Shown piece by piece: positions 60,972-64,000 of a DNA stretch of 64,000 nucleotides. The stretch is from Nitrospirota bacterium (lineage in GTDB: Bacteria > Nitrospirota > Nitrospiria > Nitrospirales > Nitrospiraceae): positions 352,001-416,000 of the forward strand of contig CAVPBK010000009.1 of the NCBI GenBank assembly GCA_963701855.1, read 5' to 3'. The notes under the pieces are model-generated. The model saw only the letters and a program-made list of their open reading frames with translations. It did not search any database and was not told where the DNA came from. A program made the position numbers and the translations under genes. Each line of letters opens with the position of its first letter. Position 1 is the stretch's first letter.

Positions 60972-61436
60972 TCAAGTCTTCGCTCCAAATCCCATCTGCC
61001 GCCAGGCTTCGTAGATGACCACGGCCACTGCGTTGGAAAGATTGAGGCTTCGGTTTCCAGGGACCATGGGGACGCGGATACGCTGTTGCGCGGCGACGCT
61101 TCCTAGAATCTCAGCCGGCAACCCACGGCTTTCCGGACCAAACACAAAGACATCACCGGCAGCGTAGTTGACCATATCGTATTGTTGTGCGCCTTTGGTG
61201 GAAACGGCAAACAGTCGGCGATCTTTCACGCTGGCAGCGCAATCGGACCAACTTTCATGGACCGTGATCGTGGCGAATTCGTGATAGTCCAATCCCGCCC
61301 GAAGCAACTGCTTATCCTCCAGAGAGAAGCCCAGCGGTTTCACGAGATGCAGCCTGGCGCCCGTGTTGGCGCAAAGGCGGATGATGTTGCCGGTGTTCGG
61401 AGGAATTTCCGGTTGATAGAGAATGACGTCGAACAT
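60972..61436 (-). CDS. trmL: tRNA (cytidine34-2'-O)-methyltransferase
   Basis: PEIPPNTGNIIRLCA, RAGLDY, FGPESRGLP, RSLNLSN. Confidence 0.96.
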   Translation of the reverse strand: MFDVILYQPEIPPNTGNIIRLCANTGARLHLVKPLGFSLEDKQLLRAGLDYHEFATITVHESWSDCAASVKDRRLFAVSTKGAQQYDMVNYAAGDVFVFGPESRGLPAEILGSVAAQQRIRVPMVPGNRSLNLSNAVAVVIYEAWRQMGFGAKT

Positions 61437-61644
61437 GACGGAGATCAGAACCTATGGCTGATGGCCATGGACTATAGCACGAAGACAGAGAATCCTGACC
61501 CCTTGTCATGGCCGCTATTTGTTCTTGCGTGACCCCTCAGGCTATCAGCTATAGGAGATACGCTCTTCAGGTTTCTGATGTGGTGGTTCATTTCACCACT
61601 CCAGGGCTTCTTGGTATAGTGAATGTGAATCAACGACGGTTTCT

Positions 61645-63414
61645 ATGTTCATGAATAGATCGTTGCTATCTCACATGCACGGCCCTACCGCCCGGCCACA
61701 ATATTGTTCCATCGCTATCCTCATTGGTGCGCCACTGGTGTGGACTCTCACGATGGGTCTTTCTGCTCTCGCGGAAGACCCGTCGTTACGTTCAGAGGAG
61801 CACATCGCCGAACAAGCAGAAGCGGCCTGGGAGAGCGGTGCGATCACCCCTGCGCTCGCGATTCTTGACCAAGGGATTCAAGACTATCCTCACGCGCTCA
61901 CACTCCAGAGATTGCGCGCCGATATTCTCACCACATCCCGAGGCCCCCGAGAGGCGGTTGAGGCCTATGAGACGGTCCTCGCCAGTACACCAACCGCGTT
62001 GGATGTCCGATGGGCCAAGTGGAGCGTGTTGACTCGGTCGGGACAGGGGAAGGAATCCATCGCCGAGTTAAGACGCATCACAGAGATCGATGTAGGAAAT
62101 CCGTTGGTTCACCTGCGACTGGCGCAAGAACTCCGGAAACTCGATCGTCTTGAGGAGTCGCTCGAATCGTATAAGAAGGCCGTGGAACTCTTGCCGGATT
62201 TGCTCGCCTGGCGATTAGCGTTGGCCCGGGCTCGGTTTGACGTCCTGGATTATGAAGGCGCGGATAGTGATGTACACTACGTATTGAAAAAGATGCCTCC
62301 CGGTTCTCCGCTGGAACTTCCCGCCAAGAATCTGCTCGCACAAGTGAATGGAAACTCCATCGATCGAGGCCGACGCTTCGATCCCGTTCTGACCAAAGAA
62401 ATGACAGGGGCACAGCGCAAGGAATGGGCCTCCATTCGCGCAGAGGCATGGAGACTCTTCTCGATGGGCCGATATCAGGAGGCCGAGCCCATCTATCAAA
62501 GAATGCTGGCCCTTAATCCCAACGATGCTCTAGCCAATTATCAATTAGGGCTCACTCTCATGCAGCTAGGCCGATGCAAGGACGCACTGACCGTGTTTGG
62601 GAACTTGTCCAACCTTGATCCCAACGACGAGGACTACGCAGACACGGTGTATCGGATGGGTCAATGTTTCGTTGAGTTGGAACAATGGGAAGATGCCTTC
62701 GTACATTTCCAAACCCTCTATGATGCCGCCGTCGAATTTGAGGAAGACAACAAAAACGTTCGACTCCCGCCCGACACCCGTGTCATAGATAAGAAAAAAA
62801 TCGCACGATGGATCGAGAAGGTGCGTCCCCATGTTCCCGAATTGGCACAAGGAAGAGCCGATGAGGCTATGAACCGCGTCCCCCCGGATGATTCGTCTCC
62901 GGTCACAGTCTCTCCAGAGGAAGAGCTGTACGCAAGAGCGGCCGAGCAATTTAAGCCCCAGAACCCAATAGACCAGCGAGCGTCGCTCATGGGCAGAGAC
63001 GCCGACTTCAGTTGGTTTCGGTTTGTCATCCCGGCTAGCAAGATCGTGCGGGACGATTTCCCCACAGGCGCCCATGAATTTATTCCCTTGAACCCTGGGG
63101 ACACCTTTCCGACTACACAGGAAGAGATCTACTTGGTCTTTGGACTGGTGTCTGCCTCCTTTGATGCGGTGTCACTCACCGCCCGCTGTTTCTTGGAAAC
63201 ATCTGAGATGACCGGAGAGCAACCCGTCATGGCACAGGACCGTGTCATGACGACCATGAATGACCAGTCAGGCTATTTTATGTTAACCCCTCCAAGAACC
63301 GGATGGACCGCCGGCCTCTATCACTGTGGGTTGATCGCAGGAGAACGGACATCTGCCGATACCCTTGTGGACGAAGTCAGATTTCGTATCATTGCGCCAC
63401 CCCGGTCCTCCTAA
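61645..63414 (+). CDS. Exported tetratricopeptide-repeat protein
   Basis: Several TPR-like helices, e.g. GRYQEAEPIYQRMLALNPNDALANYQLG. Confidence 0.85.
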   Translation: MFMNRSLLSHMHGPTARPQYCSIAILIGAPLVWTLTMGLSALAEDPSLRSEEHIAEQAEAAWESGAITPALAILDQGIQDYPHALTLQRLRADILTTSRGPREAVEAYETVLASTPTALDVRWAKWSVLTRSGQGKESIAELRRITEIDVGNPLVHLRLAQELRKLDRLEESLESYKKAVELLPDLLAWRLALARARFDVLDYEGADSDVHYVLKKMPPGSPLELPAKNLLAQVNGNSIDRGRRFDPVLTKEMTGAQRKEWASIRAEAWRLFSMGRYQEAEPIYQRMLALNPNDALANYQLGLTLMQLGRCKDALTVFGNLSNLDPNDEDYADTVYRMGQCFVELEQWEDAFVHFQTLYDAAVEFEEDNKNVRLPPDTRVIDKKKIARWIEKVRPHVPELAQGRADEAMNRVPPDDSSPVTVSPEEELYARAAEQFKPQNPIDQRASLMGRDADFSWFRFVIPASKIVRDDFPTGAHEFIPLNPGDTFPTTQEEIYLVFGLVSASFDAVSLTARCFLETSEMTGEQPVMAQDRVMTTMNDQSGYFMLTPPRTGWTAGLYHCGLIAGERTSADTLVDEVRFRIIAPPRSS

Positions 63415-63565
63415 CACACGCAGTTCAAAAGAATACGCACCTCGAGAAGCGTCCATCAGGAAGCGTTTCACTAATTAAGCGATTCAAGCGACAAGAATCT
63501 AACGTGCTGGACAGCTGGTGGAGGACAAACGACATGGCGATCGGAGGAGCGGTTCCTCACGATGC

Positions 63566-64000
63566 CTATAAAGGAAATGCCACCGACTTGGTAAACCAAA
63601 GCCGCTGGACGACACGAAATACCAAGACCGCCACACCAGACGGCAGCCAGATCCATAGTGCTTCGCTGGCTAGGATCCGAACACCATATTCGCTGAAAAA
63701 TTCGCTGACGCCGATTGGAGACACAAGGACCGGTCGCACAGGGAAAAAATACCTCGTCGTTTCAAATGGAGCGAAAAACCCCACGCCCAACCCCCCATTT
63801 GTGATTGAATCGAGTACGCCATGTGACGCGGTACAGAAAAAGAAATAGAGAAAGAGTCCCGTCATCGCTACCGTTCCCTTGCCTCGATACCACACCGCAA
63901 CAATACTCCCGGCTAACAGCGCCGCAAACACGACCGAGTGCGTCAGCCCACGATGGCCCCACAGATCACCGTACTGGATGCCAAAGTAAAACCCGATCAC
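63566..64000 (-). CDS. YdjM-like membrane metal-dependent hydrolase (5' end outside window)
   Basis: GHRGLTHS, SHGVLDSITNGGLGV..FAPF..RYFFP. Confidence 0.9.
   Translation of the reverse strand: MIGFYFGIQYGDLWGHRGLTHSVVFAALLAGSIVAVWYRGKGTVAMTGLFLYFFFCTASHGVLDSITNGGLGVGFFAPFETTRYFFPVRPVLVSPIGVSEFFSEYGVRILASEALWIWLPSGVAVLVFRVVQRLWFTKSVAFPL

Noticed and set aside
1..64000. CRISPR array, tRNA, rRNA, integrase or full transposase
   Set aside because: No regularly spaced repeats, cloverleaf or catalytic motifs recognised by eye; small RNAs could have been missed.

Overview
Bacterial window of about 55-60% GC; gene content and repeat types suggest Nitrospira or a relative (inference). From left to right: (1) 1-7.7 kb, minus strand: molybdate-uptake arm (XRE-HTH/PBP regulator, ModA-like protein, frameshifted lipoprotein, OprO/P-type porin, ModA, Mop/TOBE protein, ModB). 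(2) 7.9-24.5 kb, plus strand, divergent from a consensus sigma70 promoter: sulfur-starvation arm (beta-barrel, OscA/DUF2292 followed by tandem RNA hairpins, paralogous porin + ModA-like + lipoprotein, DUF2325, sbp-cysTWA, SfnR-like sigma54 activator, DsrE-like protein, ThiS-like carrier, CysK, frameshifted MoeB, then a family 2A encapsulin with cysteine desulfurase cargo and serine acetyltransferase). (3) 24.5-30.5 kb: small genes and a two-component system. (4) 30.6-39 kb: accessory/defence island (BrnT/BrnA-like TA, three signal-less hydrolases, Gabija-like OLD nuclease + UvrD helicase). (5) 39.2-48.8 kb: a structured palindromic element, a second copy of which sits in-frame inside a response regulator, then an RND pump with three TolC genes. 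(6) 48.9-57 kb: gene remnants, lipoproteins, sthA and a MITE. (7) tex, a J-domain-ERCC4 fusion, trmL, a TPR protein and a partial YdjM-like hydrolase. No rRNA, tRNA or CRISPR array was recognised. All calls come from motif reading by eye; no searches were run.
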